DNA from: a virus
IMG/VR virus record: IMGVR_UViG_3300042359_000621
Reading direction: 5' to 3' (one strand)
DNA length: 64,000 nt
Positions within the stretch are counted from its first letter, which is position 1. Each line of letters begins with the position of its first letter. The notes under the pieces are model-generated. The model was not told the origin of the DNA. It did not search any database and was given only the letters and a program-made list of their open reading frames with translations. Below are positions 32,179 to 41,345 of this stretch, piece by piece. Made by a program: the position numbers and the translations under genes.

Positions 32179-32667
32179 CTAATTCCCTGACTCAATAGAC
32201 CAACTAGAATAAGCCTCGATATCGTAGAAGCGGTCGTCTATTAAGGTTTGATCCTCAATATCCCTATAGTTTTCTGCCATGATTTCAAACATCCGAGCAA
32301 ACGGGTCAATGTCTAGGGAAGTTTTGCCGTCCGTCATCAGAACGTAGGAATGGGCATCAAGCCAGTTGGCAAGTTCTGGACTAATCCATCGGGCAACCTT
32401 AACCGCCAGTAATGGATGTCCCCATGTTCCCTGCTCCCTATTGTCTGAAAATTTCCCTTTCACAACCTCTAAGAGTGATTCCTCAGATGTGAGGGAATTA
32501 GACAGGGCATCCATTTCAGCCTTTGAGGATTTCAGTCGTAACCAGTTATCAAGTCTTGTGTTGTAGGCTTTGCACATTTGAGTCAGGTTCACATACCCAT
32601 CTGACTCCCGAACAGAAATCTTAATCCCTTCAAACTGAAGTGGAACAATTTTGCTATTATGATTCAT
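32179..32667 (-). CDS. KilA-N domain protein
   Basis: FEGIKISVRESDGYVNLTQMCKAYNTRLDNWLRLKSSKAEMDALS matches the KilA-N pattern. Confidence 0.75.
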   Translation of the reverse strand: MNHNSKIVPLQFEGIKISVRESDGYVNLTQMCKAYNTRLDNWLRLKSSKAEMDALSNSLTSEESLLEVVKGKFSDNREQGTWGHPLLAVKVARWISPELANWLDAHSYVLMTDGKTSLDIDPFARMFEIMAENYRDIEDQTLIDDRFYDIEAYSSWSIESGN

Positions 32668-32740
32668 AGTTGACCTGCTGTATAGGTTGGCTCACGTCCC
32701 CGAATGTTTCCGCATTGCGGGGACACTTATTATTATAACA
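32668..32740 (-). promoter_or_regulatory. conserved 5' leader with hairpin (copy 2)
   Basis: agttgacctgctgtataggttggctcacgtccccgaatgtttccgcattgcgggg aligns with 17614-17690. Confidence 0.45.
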
Positions 32741-32767
32741 ATTTTATTAATAGAAATAGTCGATATT

Positions 32768-32799
32768 AAAAACCCCAGGGGTTGAATCCTGGGGTTTTT
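32768..32799. terminator. intrinsic terminator-like hairpin
   Basis: aaaaaccccagg-ggttgaat-cctggggttttt. Confidence 0.55.
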
Positions 32800-32819
32800 G
32801 TCGTTGGGAGTGCGATCGC

Positions 32820-33050
32820 TTAATCTTTTTCCTTATCTTGCCTGTCTTTCTCCCGTCGCCTTTCGGCGCACAGGCGTTTTTGTTCGCGCCGATTTTCCTT
32901 TTGTTCTGGGGTTAAGTTGGCAAGGTAGCGTTTCCGCCGTTCCCTTGCCTTCTCCGTACCCTCGTATTTCAGATCCCGATCCTTGCCCTTCTGGGTTGCC
33001 TTGTATCTTTGTTGGGCTTCCCAGATGGAGGGTTTCCAGTCTTCGGTCAT
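32820..33050 (-). CDS. small highly basic protein
   Basis: It is K/R/E-rich (RERRKRYLANLTPEQKENRREQKR). It has a 4-nt overlap with the upstream gene. Confidence 0.4.
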   Translation of the reverse strand: MTEDWKPSIWEAQQRYKATQKGKDRDLKYEGTEKARERRKRYLANLTPEQKENRREQKRLCAERRREKDRQDKEKD

Positions 33051-33322
33051 GTGATAAACCAGTAATATTTCTTTAACCCTGTACTTCTCCCGTTATTGGG
33101 GCAATCCTCACCCATAACGAGGTTTCCGTCATTGGTGGGATAACCGTCTTCAGTTTCCCCGACTATTGAGAGCATGGCTCTATTTAGTGTGGAGACTGAG
33201 CAAATAACGTCCTTTTCTTCTTTCAGTTTTTGGGCTAATTCTTTGGTAGAAACCCCGTCAATCCATCCGGGGTCGCTGTCAATTATCCCCTTAATTGTTG
33301 TTTTTAATTGCTCTGCTTTCAT
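33047..33322 (-). CDS. hypothetical protein
   Basis: It is preceded by the repeated intergenic unit. No motif recognised. Confidence 0.45.
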   Translation of the reverse strand: MKAEQLKTTIKGIIDSDPGWIDGVSTKELAQKLKEEKDVICSVSTLNRAMLSIVGETEDGYPTNDGNLVMGEDCPNNGRSTGLKKYYWFIT

Positions 33323-33388
33323 CTGTCCTCTGTTTGCGTGTTTACTGAATCCCTAGCCGCTTGATGTTTGGCTAGGGTGTGGGGATGG

Positions 33389-33883
33389 TTAATTGTTTAC
33401 AAGACTCATAGCTTCTTTCATGCTAAAGAAATAAGTATCGCGGGGGGATTTCAACCCTTTGATCCAAAACCCGTGTCCTTTATTCCATCCATATAATACG
33501 TTGTAACCCGCTTTACGAAGTGCTAACAGTGCCTTGAGTGCGTGTTGATATCTTTTTTTGTCCTGGTTTTCTTCGAGTCGAATTAAATCTACATCGGGCG
33601 TGAAAACCTCAACTGTTTCTGTTTGCTCAACAACTTCTTTAGGTGCTTCGACAATGTATTGAATCGTCATTGTTTCACCGTCGTATAAATACTCGTCACC
33701 AACTTTTAGATCGGGAAGATGACCAATAAACTGAATGCCTACAAGGTATGTCCGTGATGACATTTTCCAGCTAACCACAGCAACCCTTTTTCCTGCTTCG
33801 GTGGAGAATTTTTTAGCTAGTTCGCCAGCTTCTTGTTTCCGTGTTTCAACCGCTTCTTGAATTTGACTTTTGTAGATTGCCAT
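33389..33883 (-). CDS. hypothetical protein
   Basis: It is preceded by the repeated intergenic unit. No motif recognised. Confidence 0.5.
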   Translation of the reverse strand: MAIYKSQIQEAVETRKQEAGELAKKFSTEAGKRVAVVSWKMSSRTYLVGIQFIGHLPDLKVGDEYLYDGETMTIQYIVEAPKEVVEQTETVEVFTPDVDLIRLEENQDKKRYQHALKALLALRKAGYNVLYGWNKGHGFWIKGLKSPRDTYFFSMKEAMSLVNN

Positions 33884-33955
33884 TTGATTTGTCCTTTGCT
33901 TGTGTGTTTATTGAATCCCTAGCCGTTTGATGTTTGGCTAGGGTGCGGGGTTTAA

Positions 33956-34396
33956 TTAATCGTCATCTTCATCTATAAATACAGGAGTTGGGATTAATCC
34001 CCGTTGTGCATCCATCATCACTTTTTCTGCTTTTTCAATTGAATCAAAGCGTTGTTTGCCTTCAATGTTTTTGATTAAAAATCCGGTAGCTCTTTGAACG
34101 ACGTTATACCAAATAGCATATCCATCCTGGTATTCGTCCTCACAAACCTTGTAATCATCGGTTCGGGGTAGTGTTAACTCAGGGTAAGACTCTATTTTTC
34201 CAATGTGACGTTCAATCTCTTGATCAATATTGCCGTGTAGATAAGAAACAAAGCCTTCAAGTGTAAATTCTTTTAATGTATTCCATGCTCCGTACCGCCA
34301 AACTGTAGCCCACTTACTTACAAAATCTTCGCTCATAGCTCCATAGATTTCTGTGTATTTTTGTGTGGATTCTTTCTTGTCAAAGATCGTGGTCAT
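33956..34396 (-). CDS. hypothetical protein
   Basis: It is preceded by a partial copy of the repeated intergenic unit. No motif recognised. Confidence 0.5.
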   Translation of the reverse strand: MTTIFDKKESTQKYTEIYGAMSEDFVSKWATVWRYGAWNTLKEFTLEGFVSYLHGNIDQEIERHIGKIESYPELTLPRTDDYKVCEDEYQDGYAIWYNVVQRATGFLIKNIEGKQRFDSIEKAEKVMMDAQRGLIPTPVFIDEDDD

Positions 34397-34529
34397 TTGA
34401 TTTGTCCTTTGCTTTTGCGTGTTTCAATAATCTAAATATAGTAGACTTACGGCTATATGTCAAGCGTTTTTATAAAATATTTTTTAGATTGACTGAACCC
34501 CTTGCTATGTAAGGAGTTCAGTCTTTTGG

Positions 34530-34826
34530 TTAATCCTCAAATTTTGCCTTGAGAGCCAGCATAGCCTTTTTCTTCTTATGCCTTAAATAAGATTCGGCAT
34601 CGGTCAATTTCCTGCCTGGAAAAATAGACGGTCTCCCTATAGGCTTAGGATCAGTTTTGGGATGAATTCTCGGTCTTCCCACGGGCTTAGGATCGGAGGT
34701 TTGGGACGCTCCGCAGGGGGTACAGCGCCACTTTTGCCGACCAGTATGCACCCCATTTTTTTTCATCCTATGCCCACACTTCGGACATGGCGGGTTTTCT
34801 TTATCGCTCATTGATTGATCCTTCAT
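34530..34826 (-). CDS. zinc-ribbon DNA-binding protein with GRP (AT-hook-like) repeats
   Basis: It has CPKCGHRMKKNG..WRCTPCG, plus the duplicated DPKP(V/I)GRP.I.P. Confidence 0.5.
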   Translation of the reverse strand: MKDQSMSDKENPPCPKCGHRMKKNGVHTGRQKWRCTPCGASQTSDPKPVGRPRIHPKTDPKPIGRPSIFPGRKLTDAESYLRHKKKKAMLALKAKFED

Positions 34827-35073
34827 TGATTGATCCTTGATGTTTACCTAATACAATTGCAGCCGGATAAATTGCCATGTAGTCCAATCCTGAAACATTT
34901 ATTTTTTGCTGTTCAATTAAAGTAAAGATTGCAAACCAGAAGATTTTTTCAGTTAGCCCTAAATCTTCTTGAGCTTTTGACGGATTAATAAAAAATACCC
35001 TTTTCCCAACACATTGAGGGATTAGCCAATTTTCCACAATAGCAATCGCATTCTCTAATTCCTGATTGATCAT
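34801..35073 (-). CDS. hypothetical protein
   Basis: First gene of a minus-strand run. No motif recognised. Confidence 0.4.
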   Translation of the reverse strand: MINQELENAIAIVENWLIPQCVGKRVFFINPSKAQEDLGLTEKIFWFAIFTLIEQQKINVSGLDYMAIYPAAIVLGKHQGSINEGSINER

Positions 35074-35135
35074 AATTAATCAACTTAAAACTATTGTTTT
35101 ATTATATAATATAAGTAGTTTTTAAACCGTATATT

Positions 35136-35501
35136 ATGGCACTAGCTGAATCAATAAATATTAGGGTTGAAAATAATTTAACCACACTTTTGAATCCGAC
35201 TCAGGATTATATGCTTATTGGGGGTGTGGCTTCTAATCTTCTATCAACGGACGGCTATCTAACTATTAGACCGTTTCTGTTTAATGCAAAGATTGAACGG
35301 GGTAATCCGTGGCAATTACAAACCAAAGTTTTCTTGTCTAGCGGGTCTAAGCTAGATTGCTTGGTTTCAGATGTTCCTATTAATCTGATCTGGGATTCTG
35401 ACGGGATTAATAATTGGGATTCTGACAATGTTGAGGGATGGAACTCCCCATCTCCTGGATATGGTTCGACTTTGCTAAACTTAACTGTAGCTGCTATTTA
35501 A
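35136..35501 (+). CDS. hypothetical protein
   Basis: First gene of a short + strand block. No motif recognised. Confidence 0.45.
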   Translation: MALAESINIRVENNLTTLLNPTQDYMLIGGVASNLLSTDGYLTIRPFLFNAKIERGNPWQLQTKVFLSSGSKLDCLVSDVPINLIWDSDGINNWDSDNVEGWNSPSPGYGSTLLNLTVAAI

Positions 35502-35512
35502 GGAATTTAATT

Positions 35513-35992
35513 ATGCACATGGCGACGCAAACTAATATCGCTGCAATCGTGGCATTAAACATCACGACTTTAGAGGATGGGATTATCTTTTGGGCGCGAG
35601 CCGAAAAGACGTGGCTCGGACTAGATAAAACATCCACCGCAACTGCTAATAGTAAATCGTGCTACACAGCAACGGGTGGGACTGGTCGCTGGTTTGTTTC
35701 TAGTGATACTGAAGTTTCTGCTAACACTTTGCCGACGGGTGCGGCTGCCACCGGAACCCGTTGGCGGTATCAGGAGAATAACGCCGTCAATAGTTATGAT
35801 TCAGTTATTAGTTACATCTACAACGGCACAACATGGGTAGAAGTAGACACAAGAATGAGACTCCACACCGGAACCCCCGACAGCTTGAGTAAAACTCCTA
35901 ACTCGAATCGGGAGTCTTGGAAGGATACGTCAACGGGAATAGTTTATACCGCTTTCAATGGCGGTTGGGTGGCAGGAGGTGGCTCTAGTTGA
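35513..35992 (+). CDS. hypothetical protein (possible tail-fibre-type)
   Basis: The start was moved to the ATG after AAGGAA. It is T/G/A/S-rich. The functional call is positional only. Confidence 0.4.
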   Translation: MHMATQTNIAAIVALNITTLEDGIIFWARAEKTWLGLDKTSTATANSKSCYTATGGTGRWFVSSDTEVSANTLPTGAAATGTRWRYQENNAVNSYDSVISYIYNGTTWVEVDTRMRLHTGTPDSLSKTPNSNRESWKDTSTGIVYTAFNGGWVAGGGSS

Positions 35993-36750
35993 TGCTTCAA
36001 TTCACCTGTGGAAGTTCTTTGGCTTTGGATTTGACCCCGTTTGACGGGGTTGTGATCGGCTATCACTGGCAACCTTTTAATCAAGATGGCACGAAGAACT
36101 CTCTGAATTTCCCTAATAAAATCATCCGAGCGCAGTTTTTATATGGCAACAAACATCACAAACCCTGCCCATTTTCCGGTTGTGATTCAATTATTGAATG
36201 GGTGCATAGAAGGGTTGAGAGATTTCCACAGATCACTGAGTGGGTGTTAGTAAATGAGTGGAGCGATGACCTTGGGGTTCCGTATCCCAACTATTCCCTC
36301 GATAGTTTAAAGCGTTATTGTGAAGCTGCCTATACTGCTAATCCTAGCGCGCGAATAATTTTAGGAGATTTCAGACCACATCTTCTGAATAAATGGCGTG
36401 CGATCGCTAATATCTGCCACGAACTAGCTAAGGATTTTCCGGTAGAAGTTGGGATTCAAACTCACATCAAAAGCTATAACGCTCCCGTTATTTTGGCTCG
36501 TCTCCCTGAAATAATTGGGATGTTTGGCGATATTCCGGTACATTTTATTGAGGCGAGTTTGTGGTATAAGTCGGATCTTGATAAACTCGCCTGTGATTTC
36601 TTATGGAGGGAGTTGGAAGCGATCGCAAATAATCACCAAATCAAATCATTTTGTAATTGGTGGCTGTGTTCTGAGGATGCGGAGGTTGGGCGGCGGATGC
36701 CTACTTTTGAAAACTTGCAGTTATATTCAAGCACTTGGTTGATCAATTAA
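35989..36750 (+). CDS. clan GH-A (GH10-like) TIM-barrel glycoside hydrolase candidate
   Basis: It has WVLVNEW (Asn-Glu acid/base), VGIQTHI and VHFIEAS (candidate nucleophile Glu), in the order expected for the GH-A clan. Confidence 0.45.
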   Translation: MMLQFTCGSSLALDLTPFDGVVIGYHWQPFNQDGTKNSLNFPNKIIRAQFLYGNKHHKPCPFSGCDSIIEWVHRRVERFPQITEWVLVNEWSDDLGVPYPNYSLDSLKRYCEAAYTANPSARIILGDFRPHLLNKWRAIANICHELAKDFPVEVGIQTHIKSYNAPVILARLPEIIGMFGDIPVHFIEASLWYKSDLDKLACDFLWRELEAIANNHQIKSFCNWWLCSEDAEVGRRMPTFENLQLYSSTWLIN

Positions 36751-38178
36751 ACACATACCATGGGTAGCGTAATATTCTGGTAATTCAGGCTCAATACTAT
36801 AGTCCGACAATTCAATAACCCCATTATTACAAGCTATTATTTTATCTACGCTTGGATATTCTCCTTCTGTCTTATTACCTAGTATTAATACACTGTTTTT
36901 TTGTCCCATTTTAACAATTGAATGTCTCTGTACAATATAATTGTCCATAAAAACACTGTCTAATATATTCATTGATTCAATATCTACCAAGTAAATTCTA
37001 GCGATATTATAATAATCTCCGGTCACTCCATCTATAAATGGTGCATCTCCACCGTTTGCAAGAATAAGTAACTGAGTATCATCTTCTATTAAAAAGGTTT
37101 GAATATTTTTTGACGTGTTACCAGTAGACGAAGGAAATGTGTCAACAAAGTCCCCTGAAATTATATTGGCATTTTCATCAATTACTTGAATAAATAGTGT
37201 GGAAGTAGTACCACCATCTTGTGGCATGGTTTCTGTTAGCCGAGAAAAGTTATATATTAAAATAATTTGACCAGGTTTTTTCTGTATATTAAAATCCATC
37301 AAGCCAACGGCGAAAGCATCGCCAGGAAATTCAGGAAACCCTATTTGAAAACTTCTTAATAATATGGAGTCACTATAAAAAGAATCTTCTGTTTCAATGG
37401 TTGAAATATTGTATATATTTGCTAACACATTTACGATCATATACTTTTTAGTGATATTATCTTCAGGTATCCATTCCCATACAAGATAAATTTCTGTTCT
37501 GATAGCAAGGATATTACCATCATCCAACAATACCTCAAGATGTTTATTGTAAATACCACCATCAACATTTTCGGGAACAAAGCTGCGTGTTGAGTTAAAA
37601 TCTATATCACGGCTTGTAGTAAATTGATAATTGGAATCAAAATATATCAATTTACCTCTTAATGTTTGATATGATTCACCATTTTTTGTATATCTGTTAA
37701 AACCTGAGTTTGGCAACATCAAAAACAATATTGAATTTTGGGAAACAAGATGTGATGTACTCGTTCTATAGGCATAAGAAGTTTGACCATTATCTTCCAA
37801 TCGGACGGGCATAGTAAAACTATCTCCCACTTTTTCAATATTTAATTTTTTTATTTTTAGAAAAATTCCACGCCAAGTAAATTGTTTCACTACACCATTT
37901 TCATCAACTAAGGGTGAATCGTAACATAAAAAGAAATATTCTTTAGACAATTTTATAAAATTTATAGGGTAAAAAAGTTCAGTATAGCCAAACGTATCGT
38001 GCAACCTAGCATCAGGTAAAGGTATTTTTGATTCTATCTTTATTTTTTTGTCACTTGATTGATTTATTATCCTTGTTTCTAAAAAAGTATCTTGCTGCAT
38101 ATAGTTATCAAAAAACAATATGATCCTGTGATACCTTAAAGCTGATGTCTTGAATTTAAAAGCACCATTAATTTTCAT
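36727..38178 (-). CDS. large hypothetical protein (AT-rich gene)
   Basis: 483-aa uninterrupted ORF, rich in N/I/Y/F/S. It has a 4-nt overlap with the upstream gene. Confidence 0.5.
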   Translation of the reverse strand: MKINGAFKFKTSALRYHRIILFFDNYMQQDTFLETRIINQSSDKKIKIESKIPLPDARLHDTFGYTELFYPINFIKLSKEYFFLCYDSPLVDENGVVKQFTWRGIFLKIKKLNIEKVGDSFTMPVRLEDNGQTSYAYRTSTSHLVSQNSILFLMLPNSGFNRYTKNGESYQTLRGKLIYFDSNYQFTTSRDIDFNSTRSFVPENVDGGIYNKHLEVLLDDGNILAIRTEIYLVWEWIPEDNITKKYMIVNVLANIYNISTIETEDSFYSDSILLRSFQIGFPEFPGDAFAVGLMDFNIQKKPGQIILIYNFSRLTETMPQDGGTTSTLFIQVIDENANIISGDFVDTFPSSTGNTSKNIQTFLIEDDTQLLILANGGDAPFIDGVTGDYYNIARIYLVDIESMNILDSVFMDNYIVQRHSIVKMGQKNSVLILGNKTEGEYPSVDKIIACNNGVIELSDYSIEPELPEYYATHGMCLIDQPSA

Positions 38179-39020
38179 ACTACTATTATCTCACTACTGT
38201 CAAAATAGATATATGTTTCTATTGTATCATAAGCTGGAGACAAAAAGATTGGGGCTGTATATCCATGAGCAAAAGCCACTAATGAATCATTGTCTTTGTC
38301 AACAGAAAACAAAAATAATATATTAGCTTTATTGTCATCTCCCCCTACATACTGAACCCCCGTAGATAACTGCATAGACACCCAAGGAGTAAAAGTGGAG
38401 ACTGTGTTAACAACCTGGATATTTGTATAGTCAACCGTAGTAACGGATTTAGTTATAAGTCCAGATAAAAGGTCGCTAGACTTGGTTAATATAATCCCGT
38501 TATCATCTACCACAAACGAAGCTAAAGATTGAGAGGTGACACCAAACCCCGTAAACCAATCAACATCCGAACTAAACCATGTCATGCACTCCCTAGAGAA
38601 GCAGTCCAAAGGGGGAGCCGTGGTAACATTCCGATCTGTTTTATCGTAATTAGAAACGGTTATAATCTCGTTTTGCTCATCTCCAATTCTGAACAAAAAC
38701 AATGACTTTGCTTTATTAATCTTGTTTTTATCTATCTTAACCGAATCATTATAGCCAACATAAACGGGGGATGATTCCGGTCGGGTGTAGGCAAAGGGGT
38801 TCTTAATTGATATTGTCCCTATAGGTGCTTCTAAAAATTCGGCTTCAGTGTTGAGGCATAACCATTCTGAGTTAGTTGTTGAATGAAACATGGGGACAAT
38901 CGTTGATATTCCCAACCCATAACTAGCACTTGAATCCCATTGTTTCTTGGCAACTAACTCCAAAAATTCAATCGTTGGCAGTAGAGAAACCGAGCTAACA
39001 TAATCAGTTGTTGTTGACAT
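38175..39020 (-). CDS. hypothetical protein (AT-rich gene)
   Basis: 281-aa ORF, translationally coupled to ORF 36727. Confidence 0.5.
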   Translation of the reverse strand: MSTTTDYVSSVSLLPTIEFLELVAKKQWDSSASYGLGISTIVPMFHSTTNSEWLCLNTEAEFLEAPIGTISIKNPFAYTRPESSPVYVGYNDSVKIDKNKINKAKSLFLFRIGDEQNEIITVSNYDKTDRNVTTAPPLDCFSRECMTWFSSDVDWFTGFGVTSQSLASFVVDDNGIILTKSSDLLSGLITKSVTTVDYTNIQVVNTVSTFTPWVSMQLSTGVQYVGGDDNKANILFLFSVDKDNDSLVAFAHGYTAPIFLSPAYDTIETYIYFDSSEIIVV

Positions 39021-39035
39021 TGCGATCGCCCTCCC

Positions 39036-39311
39036 CTAATTTCTTTTCCACGCTTTCCTGCAATCTTCAGAAGTGAACTTATATAGCGTTCCGTTGTCAC
39101 GAGATGCCTCCCCTCCTTTCTGACCTATTTCAGTTATATGGTCTTTGTTCTGAGATGTTTTTGTTCCGCCTTCACTGCAATCCTCAGAAGTGAACTTATA
39201 TAGCGTCCCGTTGTCACGAGATGCCTTCCCGCCTTTGCTAGAAATCTCTCGACGTTTTTCTGGACTCATAGCAGCAAATCCATATTTCTTTTTCTTATTT
39301 TCTGGTTCCAT
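39036..39311 (-). CDS. KGG-repeat stress-protein-like small protein
   Basis: It has YGFAAMSPEKRREISSKGGKASRDNG, with an internal duplicate of GG.ASRDNGTLYKFTSEDC. Confidence 0.55.
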   Translation of the reverse strand: MEPENKKKKYGFAAMSPEKRREISSKGGKASRDNGTLYKFTSEDCSEGGTKTSQNKDHITEIGQKGGEASRDNGTLYKFTSEDCRKAWKRN

Positions 39312-39432
39312 AATTAATAAATTTAAGTTAATATTATTTTAACACAAATATTTTATTATAAAAAAAAGTATCTGAGTTTGTAGAGCATCTCAGATACTTT
39401 TAAACAACCACACGCACTAGGAGTAAACAACA

Positions 39433-39984
39433 ATGATTATACAACAACTTTGTCTGTTTGAAACACAACCATCACTAATTGATTCAAACGAAAATTATAC
39501 CCCATCTGATTTGATTGATTTAGTCCATAAGTTTTATGGATTTCCTGAATTAGACCCTTTTAGCTGTGAACAAGCTAATCAAATTATTAAAGCTCAAAAG
39601 ATATTTACAATTCAAGATGATGGATTTAAACAGAACTGGAGACGGGCTAAAACACTCTGGTTGAACCCTCCCTACAGCGCGGGATTTATTGAGAAGGTTG
39701 TCGATAAATTGATTGCAACATTGAACGAGACTGAAGCGGAAGCATTCTTGTTAACCAATACCGACAACAGTACGGTTTGGTACAAAAAGGCTTTGAATCG
39801 GTGCGATCGCTTCTGCCTACCGTCAACTCGGTTAACTTTTTATTCCCCAAAACGGGCGCAGGATGGGAAGAAACAAAACCAAAACCGATTCTCCCAAACT
39901 CTATTTTATTTTGGATTGCAACCTCAAAGATTTGAGGAAATTTTTGAGGGTTGGGGAACTGTTTGCCAGACTTCCAAATGGTAA
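39433..39984 (+). CDS. phage-type DNA N6-adenine methyltransferase (Dam family, small)
   Basis: It has YTPSDLIDLVHKFYGFPELDPFS ... LWLNPPYS ... LLTNTDNSTVWY, which is the typical small phage Dam layout. Confidence 0.7.
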   Translation: MIIQQLCLFETQPSLIDSNENYTPSDLIDLVHKFYGFPELDPFSCEQANQIIKAQKIFTIQDDGFKQNWRRAKTLWLNPPYSAGFIEKVVDKLIATLNETEAEAFLLTNTDNSTVWYKKALNRCDRFCLPSTRLTFYSPKRAQDGKKQNQNRFSQTLFYFGLQPQRFEEIFEGWGTVCQTSKW

Positions 39985-40042
39985 AAAATAACCCCTGTAA
40001 ATTAATTTACAGGGGTTTAAAGTTTTAGCTATTAATCACTGG

Positions 40043-40255
40043 TTATATATCGCCACGACTGACCTCGCGCCGAAGATCCAGGTCTTTATTTAAAACAAAT
40101 ACTCCATCTTGGAGTTCAATCAAATAGCCTGGTTTCAGTGCTTCAAAGATAGATCCTTGACACCGATCTGCTTTTTTATAATCCCCTGTAGACGCTAACT
40201 TGCCTTCCACGAAATTCAGAAAACCATCTTTGTTAAAGATTTTAATATCTCTCAT
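40043..40255 (-). CDS. small hypothetical protein
   Basis: ORF in a minus-strand early block. Confidence 0.4.
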   Translation of the reverse strand: MRDIKIFNKDGFLNFVEGKLASTGDYKKADRCQGSIFEALKPGYLIELQDGVFVLNKDLDLRREVSRGDI

Positions 40256-40313
40256 TTGCTTTGTCCTTTATCAATCATTAATTTAGGGTGCTTTTTATTT
40301 GTTGAAACTTAAC

Positions 40314-40511
40314 CTATAAAGTAATCGTTTTTCCTGTTAAAAGATTTTCGAGAGCAACTCGATTTTCCATTAGGTGAATGGACTCTCCATCAAGACACTG
40401 AGATCCTATCTCGCCCTTTCTAATTTTCAAACAGTGGCTTGTTTTATTTGTCATTACCACCACAGGAATAGGGGGATAAGGTGGGGCTACTATGTATGCC
40501 GATAATTTCAT
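40314..40511 (-). CDS. small hypothetical protein
   Basis: ORF only. Confidence 0.3.
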   Translation of the reverse strand: MKLSAYIVAPPYPPIPVVVMTNKTSHCLKIRKGEIGSQCLDGESIHLMENRVALENLLTGKTITL

Positions 40512-40564
40512 AATTATTGATTTAGTCCTCTGCGCTAACTCCTATTATAGTACAAATCAAACCC

Positions 40565-41032
40565 TCAATATCTCCGCCTTAAATATTCTGCCAATAATAA
40601 CGCCTCTGCCCTCCCGTGATGTTTTTCGAGTTTAAGATTGTTAGTTTCACCTGGAAACATCTGCAACGCCATCACCCTTGACGCTTTCTTATCTTTTCCT
40701 ATTAGGCTGTAGTGCTTTTTCCATGCCTGGGGAGTAACAAACTCCATCGGGATTCCTAGCGTTGCAATAATCCCAAGCCAAATCCCAAAACCCATCCCAA
40801 AGTTAAAAGTAGAAGATACCCCTTGCTTGGGCATTGCATGAACATTCTCAATAATTAGGTGAGTATTGATGGTGATCATTTCCTTCAGTCCAGATGCCAT
40901 TAATGTCGGGTTGGGGCGTATCTTTCCACTAATCTTAATCACTGGACAGTCGAGAAATTTAACCTCACCATTAGAAATCCTACACACTGCCCCCGTCGCT
41001 CCGGGGTCAATTCCGATAAATGTTTTAGTCAT
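40565..41032 (-). CDS. ruvC: RuvC-like Holliday junction resolvase
   Basis: It has FIGIDPGATGA, IIENVHAMPKQGVSS.FNFG, TPQAWKK and GRAEALLLAEY. Confidence 0.75.
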   Translation of the reverse strand: MTKTFIGIDPGATGAVCRISNGEVKFLDCPVIKISGKIRPNPTLMASGLKEMITINTHLIIENVHAMPKQGVSSTFNFGMGFGIWLGIIATLGIPMEFVTPQAWKKHYSLIGKDKKASRVMALQMFPGETNNLKLEKHHGRAEALLLAEYLRRRY

Positions 41033-41345
41033 TATCCGTTGTTGTTTGTAAATAGTTGATAACAGATGGGCTATAGTCAGATATTAAAATTCTTTCAATT
41101 GCCCAAGAGAAGTTGTATTTATCAATTTTTTCACCAAGTCTTCTGCTTAGAATTTTAAATATTATTCTGATTTTATCGCCAATATAAGCAGATCCATAAT
41201 TTAGATTTTTGGCAATCTCAGGATAAGTATTGTCGTTTAATATTCCCTCGAGAATCTTTCTAGTCAAGCTATCAAGATGTTTTCCGGTCTCGGAAAATAC
41301 CAAACTATCAACCAACCAGATATATTCTAACTGTTCCCTAGTCAC
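41025..41345 (-). CDS. stand-alone HTH-like domain resembling the N-terminal module of cyanobacterial STAND/AAA proteins
   Basis: It has LTRKILEGILNDNTYPEIAKNL.YGSAYIGDKIRIIFKILSRRLGEKIDKYNFSWAIERI. Confidence 0.45.
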   Translation of the reverse strand: MTREQLEYIWLVDSLVFSETGKHLDSLTRKILEGILNDNTYPEIAKNLNYGSAYIGDKIRIIFKILSRRLGEKIDKYNFSWAIERILISDYSPSVINYLQTTTDND

